The notes beneath the pieces are model-generated. The model was not told the DNA's origin. It saw only the letters and a list, made by a program, of their open reading frames with translations, and did no database searches. A stretch of 54,969 bases of DNA. Source: Burkholderiales bacterium. Lineage in GTDB: Bacteria > Pseudomonadota > Gammaproteobacteria > Burkholderiales > Burkholderiaceae_C. Location of the stretch: NCBI GenBank assembly GCA_031359905.1, contig JANMAP010000145.1:1-54969 (forward strand), given 5' to 3'. Made by a program: the position numbers and the translations under genes. Each line of letters starts with the position of its first letter. The first letter of the stretch is position 1. Below are positions 45,733 to 54,969 of the stretch, in pieces.

Positions 45733-46713
45733 CGCGCGCAGCACGATCTCTTTCCAGATCTTTTGCTGCTTGGCGATGAAGGCCGCGAATTCTTCCGGTG
45801 GCCCGCCGCCGCCGACCGCGCTGTCGCTGGCGAAGCGTTCGGTCACGCTGTTGGATTTCAGCGCCTTCAACGATTCTTCCTGCAGCCGCTTGACGATCTC
45901 GCGCGGCGTGCCGGCCGGCGCCAGGATGCCGTACCACTGCGAGGTCTCGAAATCCTTGAAGCCCATCTCGGCGACGGTCGGCACGTCGGGCAGCGCCGCC
46001 AGTCGCTGCGTGGTGCCGACCGCGATGGCGCGCAGTTTGCCGCTCCTGATGTGCGGCAGCAGCGCCGGCAGCCCGGCCGAGGTGGCCTGCGTGCGGCCAC
46101 CGAGCAGGTCGGTCAGCATCGGCCCGGTGCCGCGGTAGGGGATGTGGGTGATGAACATGCCGCTCACAAGCTTCAGGTATTCCATCGCCAGGTGGCCGGC
46201 GCTGGCGTTGCCGGCGGTGCCGTAGTTCAGCTTGCCCGGGTTCTTCTTGACGTGGGCGACGAACTCCTTGTAGTCCTTGGCCGGCACGTCGGGGTGGATG
46301 ACGAACAGGTTGGGCACCTTGGCCAGCAGCGTGACGGGCACGAAATCCTTGTTCACGTCGAACGGCTGGTTGGGAAAGATGATCGGGTTGACCGCCAGCG
46401 AGCCGACGTGGCCGAGGATGATGGTGTGGCCGTCGGGCGCCGACTTGGCGACGTCGGTCATCGCCGGGATGCCGCCGCCGCCGCCCTTGTTGTCAACATA
46501 GACCGTCTGGCCGAGCTGCTTGGTCAATTCATTGGCCACCGTGCGGGCGACGATCTCCGACGTGCCGCCCGGCGCGAACGGCACCACGAAGCGGATCGAC
46601 TGGCGCGGCCAGGGCGCCGTCTGGCCGACGGCCTGCGGCGCGGCGGCCCACGCTGACCATGCTGCGGCGCCGGCCAGGGCGCGGCGGCGGCTGAAATCGG
46701 CGGGGGTCGTCAT
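45715..46713 (-). CDS. Bug/TctC family binding protein
   Basis: Tat-like SRRRAL; VPFAPGG, DGHT, HIPYRG, VPTVAE.G. Confidence 0.93.
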   Translation of the reverse strand: MTTPADFSRRRALAGAAAWSAWAAAPQAVGQTAPWPRQSIRFVVPFAPGGTSEIVARTVANELTKQLGQTVYVDNKGGGGGIPAMTDVAKSAPDGHTIILGHVGSLAVNPIIFPNQPFDVNKDFVPVTLLAKVPNLFVIHPDVPAKDYKEFVAHVKKNPGKLNYGTAGNASAGHLAMEYLKLVSGMFITHIPYRGTGPMLTDLLGGRTQATSAGLPALLPHIRSGKLRAIAVGTTQRLAALPDVPTVAEMGFKDFETSQWYGILAPAGTPREIVKRLQEESLKALKSNSVTERFASDSAVGGGGPPEEFAAFIAKQQKIWKEIVLRAGIKPD

Positions 46714-46777
46714 GCGGCCGTCTCCTGGCTGTGGTGAGGGTGGGTCGGTGGCGGCGCGCCTGGCGGCAGGCGGATGG

Positions 46778-47356
46778 CTAGAGGTGGAGCATGGCCGCTG
46801 CGCCGAGCAGCAGCCCGACGCCGGCCACGCCGCCCATGCCCCACTGCAGCCAGTTGCGCCGCGTCAGCAAGGCGATGGCGGCCAGCGCAATGCTGACCTG
46901 CAGTGCCGTCGTCGCCTGGGCCCAGCGGTGGTGCTGGTGCATCTGTTCGTCGGATTGCTGGTCCCAGCGCTTGGACTCGGCTTCGAGCTTGTCGGCCTCG
47001 ATCTTGATCTCGGCCTTCTCCTTCTTGTAGCGCTCGACCTCGTCGAGGTACCTGCCCTTGCGATCGTCGGCGACGATCGCCACGGCCAGCTCCGACAGGT
47101 TCTGCTTGCTGCTCTTGGCCTGGTAGAAGTTCCACTGGTTGGACGCTTCGGTCTTCTTGATTGCCGCGTTGTTCTTGTACAGGCCGGCGTTGGCCTGGGT
47201 GGCCCCGCCCATGTAGCTGAACAGCGCGCCGACGGTCGCCAGCAGCGCGGTGGCCACGGCGATGCGGCCGGAGAAGCCGTCCTTGTCGCCATGCTGCGCG
47301 GCATGTTCGAGTTCGTGGTCGTGCGGGCCATGCACGTGGAAACCTGCACCTGACAT
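46778..47356 (-). CDS. DUF4337-like membrane protein
   Basis: [40 protein letters not shown]; assigned by recognition. Confidence 0.75.
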   Translation of the reverse strand: MSGAGFHVHGPHDHELEHAAQHGDKDGFSGRIAVATALLATVGALFSYMGGATQANAGLYKNNAAIKKTEASNQWNFYQAKSSKQNLSELAVAIVADDRKGRYLDEVERYKKEKAEIKIEADKLEAESKRWDQQSDEQMHQHHRWAQATTALQVSIALAAIALLTRRNWLQWGMGGVAGVGLLLGAAAMLHL

Positions 47357-47442
47357 CGAAATCCTCCCGGAGTCGTGGTTGTCCGCCGTGGTGGCGGGGT
47401 CGCCATTGTGGCGCCGGCGCGGGCCGGATAATCCCGGCCATC

Positions 47443-48846
47443 GTGAAGCAACGCATCGTGGTCGGCTTGAGCGGCGGGGTCGACTCCGCGGTCAGCGCCT
47501 GGCTGCTCAAACGGCAGGGGCACGAAGTGGTCGGCGTGTTCATGAAGAACTGGGAGGATGACGACCGACCCGCGAGAGAGGGTGACGACCGCCTCGTTGG
47601 GTCGGGCGACGCCGCCGACGGCTATTGCACGTCGAACATCGATTTCGTCGACGCCGCGGCGGTGGCCGACGTCATCGGCATCGAACTCGAACACGTCAAC
47701 TTCGCCGCCGAGTACAAGGATCGTGTCTTCGCCGAGTTCCTGCGCGAATACGAAGCCGGCCGAACGCCCAACCCCGACGTGCTGTGCAACGCCGAGATCA
47801 AGTTCAAGGCCTTCCTCGACCACGCGCTGCGGCTGGGCGCCGACAAGATCGCCACCGGGCACTACGCGCGCGTCCGCCGGGTCCCGGCGGGTCCGCGCTC
47901 GCCTGATGAAGCGCGGGTCCAGCGGGTCCCGGCGGGTCCGCGCTCGCCTGATGAAGCGCGGGTCCAGCGGGTCCCGGCGGGTCCGCGCTCGCCTGATGAA
48001 TCGCAACAGGTGGTGCAATTGCTCAAAGGCCTGGACCCGGCCAAGGACCAGAGTTACTTCCTGCACCGCCTGACGCAGTCGCAACTGGCACGCACCCTGT
48101 TCCCGGTCGGCGAACTGCACAAGACCGACGTGCGCCGCATCGCGCTGGAGATCGGCCTGCCGAACGCGCGCAAGAAGGATTCGACCGGCATCTGCTTCAT
48201 CGGCGAGCGGCCGTTCCGCGAGTTTCTGAACCGTTACCTGTCGCACCGGCCCGGGCCGATGCTCGACGAGCGCGGCCGCCAGGTCGGCCGGCATGTCGGC
48301 TTGAGCTTCTACACGCTGGGCCAGCGCCAGGGGCTGGGCATCGGCGGCATCAATTGGGCCTCGAGGGCATCCCCGGATTCCAGGGCGACGCCCGTCGCCG
48401 ACGGGCGGCAACCCGCCTTGGGGCAGCCCAGCGGCGGCGAGCACGCGCCGTGGTTCGTTGCCGCCAAGGACCTGGCCCGCAACACGCTGCGCGTGGTCCA
48501 GGGCCACGACCACCCGGCGCTGCTGTCGCGCAGGCTGTGGGCCGACGACTGCAGCTGGATCGCCGGCGCACCCCCGGCGCCCGGCGCGCTGGCCGCCAAG
48601 GCCCGCTACCGACAGGCCGACGCAGCGTGCAACTTCGAGCCGGGCGACAGTGGCTTCAGCCTGCTCTTCGACGCCGCGCAATGGGCCGTCACGCCGGGCC
48701 AGAGCGCGGTGCTCTACGACGGCGACGTCTGCCTGGGCGGCGGCGTCATCGTCGGCGCCGATGCACCGCCGTTCGCCGCGCCGGCGCCGGGCGATGCGCC
48801 GGCCCGGACTCGGGCCCGGCGCCGACCGCAAGCGGTGCGCGCGTAG
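47443..48846 (+). CDS. mnmA: tRNA 2-thiouridine(34) synthase MnmA with internal insertions
   Basis: [54 protein letters not shown]. At 467 aa it is long for the family. Confidence 0.97.
   Translation: MKQRIVVGLSGGVDSAVSAWLLKRQGHEVVGVFMKNWEDDDRPAREGDDRLVGSGDAADGYCTSNIDFVDAAAVADVIGIELEHVNFAAEYKDRVFAEFLREYEAGRTPNPDVLCNAEIKFKAFLDHALRLGADKIATGHYARVRRVPAGPRSPDEARVQRVPAGPRSPDEARVQRVPAGPRSPDESQQVVQLLKGLDPAKDQSYFLHRLTQSQLARTLFPVGELHKTDVRRIALEIGLPNARKKDSTGICFIGERPFREFLNRYLSHRPGPMLDERGRQVGRHVGLSFYTLGQRQGLGIGGINWASRASPDSRATPVADGRQPALGQPSGGEHAPWFVAAKDLARNTLRVVQGHDHPALLSRRLWADDCSWIAGAPPAPGALAAKARYRQADAACNFEPGDSGFSLLFDAAQWAVTPGQSAVLYDGDVCLGGGVIVGADAPPFAAPAPGDAPARTRARRRPQAVRA
47866..48000 (+). repeat. Three 45-bp tandem repeats inside mnmA
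   Basis: Unit gcgcgggtccagcgggtcccggcgggtccgcgctcgcctgatgaa = [15 protein letters not shown]. Copies 2 and 3 are identical; copy 1 differs only in its first 12 nt. Confidence 0.95.
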
Positions 48847-50628
48847 GTGGCGCGGCGCGCGGTTGCAGCGGTCAGCGGGCCGACCACGCGCGCCGCGGCG
48901 TGCCACCCCGTCCTGGGACGCGCCGCGGCGCTGTTCGCGCTGTTAGTGCTGCTGCTGCTGGTGGCCTGCGCGGGCACCGGCAGCCCACCGGCCCCGGTCA
49001 TGTCCGTCACCCTGCCTGGTTCCGGTGCGGGTGCGGGTGCAGGTGCAGGAGGAGCAGGAAGTGGGGGAGGTACAGGCGTGGGTGCGGGCGCGAGCCCGAC
49101 CCCGACCCCGACCCGCCCGCCACCGAGCGCCGAGACCCCACCGCCCGAGCCGCGCGAGTTTCGCGCCGCCTGGGTCGCCACCGTCAGCAACATCGACTGG
49201 CCGAGCCGGCCGGGCCTGGCCGCCGAAGCGCAGCGCGCCGAAGCGCTGGCGATCCTCGACCGCGCACGGCAGATCGGCCTGAACGCGCTGATCCTGCAGG
49301 TGCGGCCGGCGGCCGATGCGATCTACCCGTCGGTGCTGGAGCCGTGGAGCGAAGCGCTCAGCGGCGAGCAGGGGCGCCCGCCCTGGGCCGCCGGCGAAGC
49401 GCCGTGGGACCCGCTGGCCTTCTGGGTCCGCGAGGCGCACCGCCGCGGGCTGGAGCTGCACGCCTGGTTCAACCCTTACCGCGCGCGTCACAGCACGGCC
49501 AAGTCGCCGCTGGCGGCGGTCCACATCGCGCAGCGCCGGCCGGCCCTGGTGCGCAAGTACGGCGACCAGCTGTGGCTCGACCCGGCCGAGCCCGAGGCTG
49601 CCGCGCACACGCTGGCCGTGGTCGTCGACGTGGTGCGCCGCTACGACGTCGACGCGGTGCACATCGACGACTACTTCTATCCGTATCCGGTGGCCGTCGA
49701 CGGTGTCGACCAGCCTTTCCCGGACGACGACCCCTGGGCCCGCTACCGGCTGTCGGGCGGCACGGCCCAGCGCGACGACTGGCGGCGCAGCCAGGTCGAT
49801 GGGCTGGTGCAGGCGCTGGCCCAGCAGGTGCATGCGGCCAAGCCCTGGGTGCGCGTCGGCATCAGCCCGTTCGGCATCGGCCGGCCCGACGCCCGGCCGG
49901 CGGGCATCAACGGCTTCAGCCAGTACGACAAGCTGTATGCCGATGTCGAGAAGTGGCTCGACCAGGGCTGGCTGGACTACCTGGCGCCGCAGCTCTACTG
50001 GCCGATCGACCGCGCCGGGCAGGAATTCCCGCTGCTGCTCGATTACTGGATCGCCGCCAACCGCACCCAGCGCCATCTCTGGCCGGGGCTGTTCACCAGC
50101 CAGGTCACGCGCGGCGAACCGTTGGGCCCGCGGTCGTGGCCGGCGCGCGAACTGCTCGATCAGGTGGCGCTGCAGCGCAGCCGCGCTGCGAACGACGGCG
50201 GGCCGGGCGCGGGCGGCCACATCCATTTCAGCATGGTCGCGCTGATGCAGGACCGCGACGGCATCGCCAGCAAGCTGCAGGCCGGGGCCTACGCCCAGCC
50301 GGCGCTGGTGCCGGCCACGCCCTGGCTGGCTGCGCCGACAGCGGCCGCGCCGTCACTGCAGGCGCAGCCCGGCCGCGCGCGGCTGGCGCTGCAGCCCGGC
50401 GCCGGCGAACCCGCGCAACGCTGGGCGGTGTGGCGGCGCCTGGCGGGGGTCTGGCGCTTTGCCGTGCTGCCGGCGGGTGAGCGCAGCGTCGACGTTGCCG
50501 GGGCGGACCTGGTGGTGGTCAGCGCGATCGACCGCGTCGGCAGGGTCGGCGCGCGCGGCGTCTGGCGCGCCAGCGCATCATCATCGTCGTCGCCATCATC
50601 GTCGGCGTCCGATCCGCCGCGCCGCTGA
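48847..50628 (+). CDS. YddW/DigH-like glycoside hydrolase lipoprotein (GHL10)
   Basis: Lipobox LVAC, REFRAAWVATVSNIDWP, QVRP, ELHAWFNPYR, HIDDYFYPY, GISPFG, DYLAPQLYW. Start uncertain. Confidence 0.88.
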   Translation: MARRAVAAVSGPTTRAAACHPVLGRAAALFALLVLLLLVACAGTGSPPAPVMSVTLPGSGAGAGAGAGGAGSGGGTGVGAGASPTPTPTRPPPSAETPPPEPREFRAAWVATVSNIDWPSRPGLAAEAQRAEALAILDRARQIGLNALILQVRPAADAIYPSVLEPWSEALSGEQGRPPWAAGEAPWDPLAFWVREAHRRGLELHAWFNPYRARHSTAKSPLAAVHIAQRRPALVRKYGDQLWLDPAEPEAAAHTLAVVVDVVRRYDVDAVHIDDYFYPYPVAVDGVDQPFPDDDPWARYRLSGGTAQRDDWRRSQVDGLVQALAQQVHAAKPWVRVGISPFGIGRPDARPAGINGFSQYDKLYADVEKWLDQGWLDYLAPQLYWPIDRAGQEFPLLLDYWIAANRTQRHLWPGLFTSQVTRGEPLGPRSWPARELLDQVALQRSRAANDGGPGAGGHIHFSMVALMQDRDGIASKLQAGAYAQPALVPATPWLAAPTAAAPSLQAQPGRARLALQPGAGEPAQRWAVWRRLAGVWRFAVLPAGERSVDVAGADLVVVSAIDRVGRVGARGVWRASASSSSSPSSSASDPPRR

Positions 50629-50639
50629 CGCCGCCCGCC

Positions 50640-51653
50640 ATGTCCACCCTGCGCACCGAACAGCCGCACCCGGCGCACGCTGAGCTCGACCGCTACGCCA
50701 CGCCGGCGCTGGTGCAGGCCTTCGTCGACGACCAGGCGGCGGCGGCCACGGCGGTGCGGGCAGCGACGGCGGACCTGGCACGCGCTGTCGACGCCGCGGT
50801 GCCCCGCCTGCGCGCCGGCGGGCGGCTGCTCTACGCCGGCGCTGGCACCAGCGGCCGGCTCGGTGTGCTCGACAGCGTCGAGCTGCACCCGACCTTCAGC
50901 TGGCCGCGCGAGCGTGCGCTGGCGCTGCTGGCCGGTGGCCACGGCGCGATGTTCGCCGCCGTCGAAGGCGCCGAGGACGATCAGTCGCAGGGCGCCGCCG
51001 ACCTGCGCGCGTTGCAGCCCACCGCCAGCGACGTCGTGCTGCTGCTCGCCGCATCGGGCGGCACGCCCTACGCAATCGGCGCCTGCGCGGCCGCCCGTGC
51101 CGCCGGGGCGCTGACCATCGGCATCGTCAACAACCCCGGCGCCGCGCTGGCCGCGGCGGCCGACATCGGCATCCTGCTCGACACCGGGCCCGAGGTGATC
51201 TCGGGCAGCACCCGGCTGAAGGCCGGCACCGCGCAGAAGATCGCGCTGAACACCTTCAGCAGCAGCGTGATGGTGCGGCTGAACAAGACCTACGGCCACC
51301 TGATGGTCGACCTGCGGGCGACCAACGCCAAGCTGTTGCGCCGTGCGCTGGCGTTGACCATGCGCGCCAGCGGCGCCGACGAAGCGGCGGCCGCGGCGGC
51401 GTTGGCGGCGTGCGATCAACGCGTCAAGGTGGCGGTGGTCATGCTGCGCGCCGGTGCCGACGCGGCGCTGGCCGAAGCCCGACTGGCAGCGGCCGACGGC
51501 AGCGTGCGCCTGGCGCTGGCGCACGGGAGCTGCGGCCCCGGTCACGACGGGGGCGGCGGACACAGCCACAGCGACCGCGGGTTCAGCAGCGGCGACGGCG
51601 GGCACGACAACGACGGCCCCGGCCACAACTGCAACGGCGACCGCGGGGCCTGA
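50640..51653 (+). CDS. murQ: N-acetylmuramic acid 6-phosphate etherase
   Basis: TEQ, GAGTSGRLG.LD.VE..PTF, EGAED, ASG.TPY, GPEVISGSTRLKAGTAQK, MVDL.ATNAKL. Confidence 0.95.
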   Translation: MSTLRTEQPHPAHAELDRYATPALVQAFVDDQAAAATAVRAATADLARAVDAAVPRLRAGGRLLYAGAGTSGRLGVLDSVELHPTFSWPRERALALLAGGHGAMFAAVEGAEDDQSQGAADLRALQPTASDVVLLLAASGGTPYAIGACAAARAAGALTIGIVNNPGAALAAAADIGILLDTGPEVISGSTRLKAGTAQKIALNTFSSSVMVRLNKTYGHLMVDLRATNAKLLRRALALTMRASGADEAAAAAALAACDQRVKVAVVMLRAGADAALAEARLAAADGSVRLALAHGSCGPGHDGGGGHSHSDRGFSSGDGGHDNDGPGHNCNGDRGA

Positions 51654-51667
51654 TCCGCCGATCGACG

Positions 51668-52945
51668 ATGCCCGCATCGCCCGCACCCGCTGTCGCGCCC
51701 ATCATCGCACCCATGACTGCGCCGATCACTGCGCCGATCACCGCGCCCATGACCACGCGCTCGCGTTCGCTGGACATCTTTCGCGGCGCCACGGTGGCGC
51801 TGATGATCCTGGTCAACAACCCGGGCAGCTGGGACCACCTGTACCCACCGCTGGCGCATGCGTCATGGCACGGCTGCACGCCGACCGACCTGGTCTTCCC
51901 GTTCTTCCTCTTCGCGGTCGGCAATGCGCTGGCCTGCGTCATGCCGGGGTTGTTGGCCGGGCCGCCGGCGCGCTTCTGGCGCAAGGTGCTGCTGCGCACG
52001 GCGCTGATCTTCGCCATCGGCCTGCTGCTGAACTGGAGCCCGTTCGTGCGCTGGGACGCCGCCGGCGCGCTGGGGCCGCGCCCCCTGGAGACGCTGCGCA
52101 TCATGGGCGTGCTGCAGCGCATCGCGCTGTGCTTCGGCGCGGCGGCGGTGGTGGTGTGGCTGGGCGGGCGCCGCAGTGCCCGGCCGGTGCTGGGGGTCGC
52201 CGCCGTGCTGCTGCTGGGATATGGGGCGCTGTGCCTGGCCTTCGGTGCGCCGGGCGACGCTTACAGCCTCGCGGGCTGGTTCGGCACCGCGGTCGACCGC
52301 GCGCTGCTCGGCGAGGCGCACCTGTACCGCGGCGAAGGCCTGCCGTTCGATCCCGAAGGGCTGGCCAGCACGCCGCCGGCCATCGCCCAGGTGCTGCTCG
52401 GCTGGTGGGTCGGGCGACTGGTGCAGCGTGGCCCGCCGGGTGCGGCGCCGACGCCGGCGTTGTTGCTGCGGCTGTTCGTGCTGGCCACCGGGCTGCTGGT
52501 GGCGGCCTACCTGTGGCAACTCGCGCTGCCGCTGAACAAGAAGATCTGGACGCCGAGCTACGTGCTGCTGACCACCGGCCTGGCGATGATGGCGCTGGCC
52601 ACGCTGCTGCATCTGGTCGAAGGGCCCCCGTCGGGGACGCGCCTGACCTGGGGCTGGGCCAGGGCTTGCGAATGGTTCGGACGCAACCCGCTGTTCGTCT
52701 TCGTGCTCAGCGGCTTCGTGCCGCGCGTGCTGGCGCTGCTGCGCTGGCCCGATGGCGTGGCGGCCGACGGATCGACGCGCTGGACGTCGCCGCTGCCGTG
52801 GGCCTACCAGAGGCTGTTCGCGCCGCTGGGCGACGTGGTCGGCGACGCGCGTTTCGGCTCGCTGCTGTTCGCCGTCGCCCACCTCGCGGTCTATGCGCTG
52901 CTGGCCTGGTGGCTGGACCGGCAGCGCATCTACATCCGCGTCTGA
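51668..52945 (+). CDS. HGSNAT/NagX-like (DUF5009) membrane acyltransferase
   Basis: SLDIFRG, MILVN, HASWHG.T.TDLVFPFFLF, GVLQRI, DPEG, PLNKKIWTPSY. The start could be 51749. Confidence 0.85.
   Translation: MPASPAPAVAPIIAPMTAPITAPITAPMTTRSRSLDIFRGATVALMILVNNPGSWDHLYPPLAHASWHGCTPTDLVFPFFLFAVGNALACVMPGLLAGPPARFWRKVLLRTALIFAIGLLLNWSPFVRWDAAGALGPRPLETLRIMGVLQRIALCFGAAAVVVWLGGRRSARPVLGVAAVLLLGYGALCLAFGAPGDAYSLAGWFGTAVDRALLGEAHLYRGEGLPFDPEGLASTPPAIAQVLLGWWVGRLVQRGPPGAAPTPALLLRLFVLATGLLVAAYLWQLALPLNKKIWTPSYVLLTTGLAMMALATLLHLVEGPPSGTRLTWGWARACEWFGRNPLFVFVLSGFVPRVLALLRWPDGVAADGSTRWTSPLPWAYQRLFAPLGDVVGDARFGSLLFAVAHLAVYALLAWWLDRQRIYIRV
51695..51754 (+). repeat. Five degenerate 12-bp tandem repeats (AP[IM][IT]) at the gene start
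   Basis: gcgcccatcatc gcacccatgact gcgccgatcact gcgccgatcacc gcgcccatgacc. Confidence 0.85.
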
Positions 52946-52955
52946 CGAATGATCT

Positions 52956-53020
52956 CCCCCCGGAGCGCCTGCGGCGCTTCCCCCGCCGGGGGGCGACGCC
53001 GACGGCCCGGCAGCGGGCCG
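52956..53020 (-). repeat. Multi-hairpin intergenic repeat (REP-like), copy 2
   Basis: The reverse complement shares GCCGGGCC, CGGCGTCGCCCCC, GGGGG.AGCG and CGCTCCGGGGG, in order, with 25327-25403. Confidence 0.7.
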
Positions 53021-53023
53021 CGC

Positions 53024-53884
53024 TCAGCGCGACGCCGGGCCGGCGCCAGCCGACGCGCTTGCCGCCGCCGTTGCCGCCGTTGCCGGTACCACCGGCCAGA
53101 GCTTGCCGCACAGCCCGCGGTAGACGAAGGCGCTGCCCGGCGTCTCCGGGGCCGGGCCCGGCGGCTCGATGCTGACCGCGAGTTCGACAGCGCGGTTGAA
53201 CAGCGCCTCGGCCGGCTGGGCCAGCGCCAGGCTGACGAAGTTGCCGGTGAATGCCGGCAAGGGGCCGACGGCCTGGGCCACGCCCTGCGCGTCCAGCGTC
53301 CACAGCACCAACTGGCTGCCGGGCGGCACGGGCACGCGCTGCAACACCTTCAGGTCGACGGTCTGGCCGCGGCGCAGGCTGGAAACGATCAACCCCGGCT
53401 TGCCGGCGGCGGTGGCCAGCACGCCGACGTAGCTTTCCGGCAGCTGCGGGCCGCTGCTGCGATCTGGTTGATGGGCCTGCCGCCACAGCGGTGCGGCCAG
53501 GCCGAGCAGCAGGCCCAGCGCCAGCGCCGCAGCGGGAACCGGGGCCAGCCAGCGCTGCCACCAGGCCGTCGTGCCGCCCGCGGCAGCGCGGCGCCGGGGT
53601 GGCGCAGCGAACGGCCGTGCGGCGTCTGCCGCCGCAGCGGGGCCAGCGCCGAAGCTGCGCTCGGCGATCCGCGCCCACAGCGCGTCGCCGGCCGGCACGG
53701 ACGGCATGGGCAGCGCATCGTTCAACGGCTGCAGCCGTTCGTCCCAGCGCGCCGCAGCGCGCGCGACATCGGGGTGGGCATGCAGCACGGCCTCGAAGCG
53801 CCGCCGCGCGCCGCCGCGCAGCGTGCCGATGGCGTAGTCGGCGGCCAGGCGGTCGCGCAGCGCGGGGTGCTGGTGCCAGTTCAT
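53024..53884 (-). CDS. Anti-sigma factor (RskA-like)
   Basis: LAADYAIGTLRGGARRRFE, P...LWARI, one TM helix, LVLW, LAVSIEP. Overlaps the sigma gene stop. Confidence 0.85.
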   Translation of the reverse strand: MNWHQHPALRDRLAADYAIGTLRGGARRRFEAVLHAHPDVARAAARWDERLQPLNDALPMPSVPAGDALWARIAERSFGAGPAAAADAARPFAAPPRRRAAAGGTTAWWQRWLAPVPAAALALGLLLGLAAPLWRQAHQPDRSSGPQLPESYVGVLATAAGKPGLIVSSLRRGQTVDLKVLQRVPVPPGSQLVLWTLDAQGVAQAVGPLPAFTGNFVSLALAQPAEALFNRAVELAVSIEPPGPAPETPGSAFVYRGLCGKLWPVVPATAATAAASASAGAGPASR

Positions 53885-54450
53885 GCGGGCTCGCCCAGGC
53901 AGTCCTTCAGCCGCTGCAGGCTGCGCCGGATCCAGGCCTTGACGGTGCCCAGCGGGCGTTGCAGGCGCGCTGCCAGCTGGTCGTGCGTCAGCCCCTCGTT
54001 GTAGGCCAGCAGCAGCGCCATGCGCGGCTCGGCATCGATGCGGCCCAGGCACTGGCCCAGCGCGCCTTCGGCCTGGCGCGCCAGCAACTGGTCCAGCGGC
54101 GAGCCGCTGCTGTCGGCGACGTCGTGCTGATGCTCGCGGCCATCGGCGTCATGCCACTGCAGCGGGCTTTCCGGGCGGCGGCGGCGCAGCACGTCGATCG
54201 CCCGGTGCCGGGTCATCGCCGTCAGCCAGGCCATCGCGCTGGTCCGCAGCGTCGGGAACTGCGCGGCGCGGGTCCAGACGGTGACGAAGGTGTCCTGGAC
54301 CACGTCCTCGGCCGCACCGCGGTCGTTCAGCAGCTTGGTCGCCACCGCCAGCAGGCGACCGGCAGCGGCCAGGTAGAGCTCGCGCAGCGCGGCGCGGTCC
54401 TGCAGGGCCACGCGGCCGAGCAGCCGGGCCAGCGTGGCGTCATCGGTCAT
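53881..54450 (-). CDS. ECF sigma-70 factor (SigK-like)
   Basis: AEDVVQDTF, WL...RHRAID, PLGTVKAWIRR. Confidence 0.92.
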   Translation of the reverse strand: MTDDATLARLLGRVALQDRAALRELYLAAAGRLLAVATKLLNDRGAAEDVVQDTFVTVWTRAAQFPTLRTSAMAWLTAMTRHRAIDVLRRRRPESPLQWHDADGREHQHDVADSSGSPLDQLLARQAEGALGQCLGRIDAEPRMALLLAYNEGLTHDQLAARLQRPLGTVKAWIRRSLQRLKDCLGEPA

Positions 54451-54503
54451 GGCGGCCCGGAAGAGGTACGGCGCTGGCGTGATCAGCGATCAGTGACCAG
54501 CAA

Positions 54504-54969
54504 TCAGCGCCGCGCGGCGGACAGCGGCACGTCGATGCTCGCCAGCGCGACCGGCTCCTTGGCCACCGCTTCGAGCATGCGACGCACATCGTCGAATCCG
54601 CGCACCGCGTTCAGCGCCTGGAAGTCGCCCCAGCGCAGCGCCGCCGGCACGTCGTTGTAGATCTCGCGCCGTGCGGCCAGGCAGGCCAGCGACTGCGCAG
54701 TGCCGGCCGCGATGCGGAAGCCCTGCTTGCCGGGCAATGCCAGCGGGCGCGCCGGGTCGACGCGCGGGTCGGCGGCAAAGCGGTTCGGGAAGATGCGCTG
54801 CAGCACGCCGGTGTTGTCGCGGGCGTAGCAGTAGACATAGGCCGGGACGTTGGGCTGCACGGTCAGCGTCACCGGGTCGCCGGCGGCGAAGGTCGACGGG
54901 CCCAGCGACAGGGTCAGTGCCAGGCTGGTCACCGATGTCGCTGCGGCCGGCGCCGCAGTGGCGGGCCGT
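54504..54969 (-). CDS. C-terminal part of a DUF4384-like domain protein (runs off the right edge)
   Basis: The frame is open to the window edge; AYVYCY...RIFPNRF motif. Confidence 0.65.
   Translation of the reverse strand, partial: RPATAAPAAATSVTSLALTLSLGPSTFAAGDPVTLTVQPNVPAYVYCYARDNTGVLQRIFPNRFAADPRVDPARPLALPGKQGFRIAAGTAQSLACLAARREIYNDVPAALRWGDFQALNAVRGFDDVRRMLEAVAKEPVALASIDVPLSAARR

Noticed and set aside
47866-48000. 45-bp repeats as a CRISPR array or hammerhead ribozyme (they contain CTGATGA)
   Set aside because: The units are contiguous with no spacers and there are no cas genes. The GAAA required after hammerhead stem II is absent (CGCC instead).

Overview
High-GC (about 70% by eye) chromosomal window from a betaproteobacterium, most likely Burkholderiales (Rubrivivax/Ideonella-like; inferred from gene order and protein sequences). 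The left half is mostly core genes: obgE-rpmA-rplU, ispB, tRNA-Pro(CGG), pilB-pilC-pilD-coaE-zapD-yacG, hutG, a PEP-CTERM gene, CIRCE-controlled groES-groEL, engB, cytochrome c4 with System II maturation genes, and msrPQ. The right half holds transport and catabolic genes, a scattered set of probable peptidoglycan/amino-sugar salvage genes, a purC homologue, a tricorn protease, mnmA and an ECF sigma/anti-sigma pair. I see no CRISPR array, prophage, integrase or transposase. Four things stand out. (1) Three otherwise full-length genes (pilC, zapD, a ModA-like binding protein) each carry one in-frame TAG, and ccsA has a 1-nt frameshift; TAG is still a normal terminator here, and sequence error is the simplest explanation. 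(2) mnmA has three in-frame, hairpin-forming loop expansions, one a 3x45-bp tandem array. (3) There are structured intergenic elements: a 257-bp unit with 29-bp terminal inverted repeats, and two copies of a multi-hairpin repeat. (4) Short tandem duplications recur at gene boundaries. No new system is established from sequence alone. Homologue consensus sequences quoted below are from memory and need checking by alignment.
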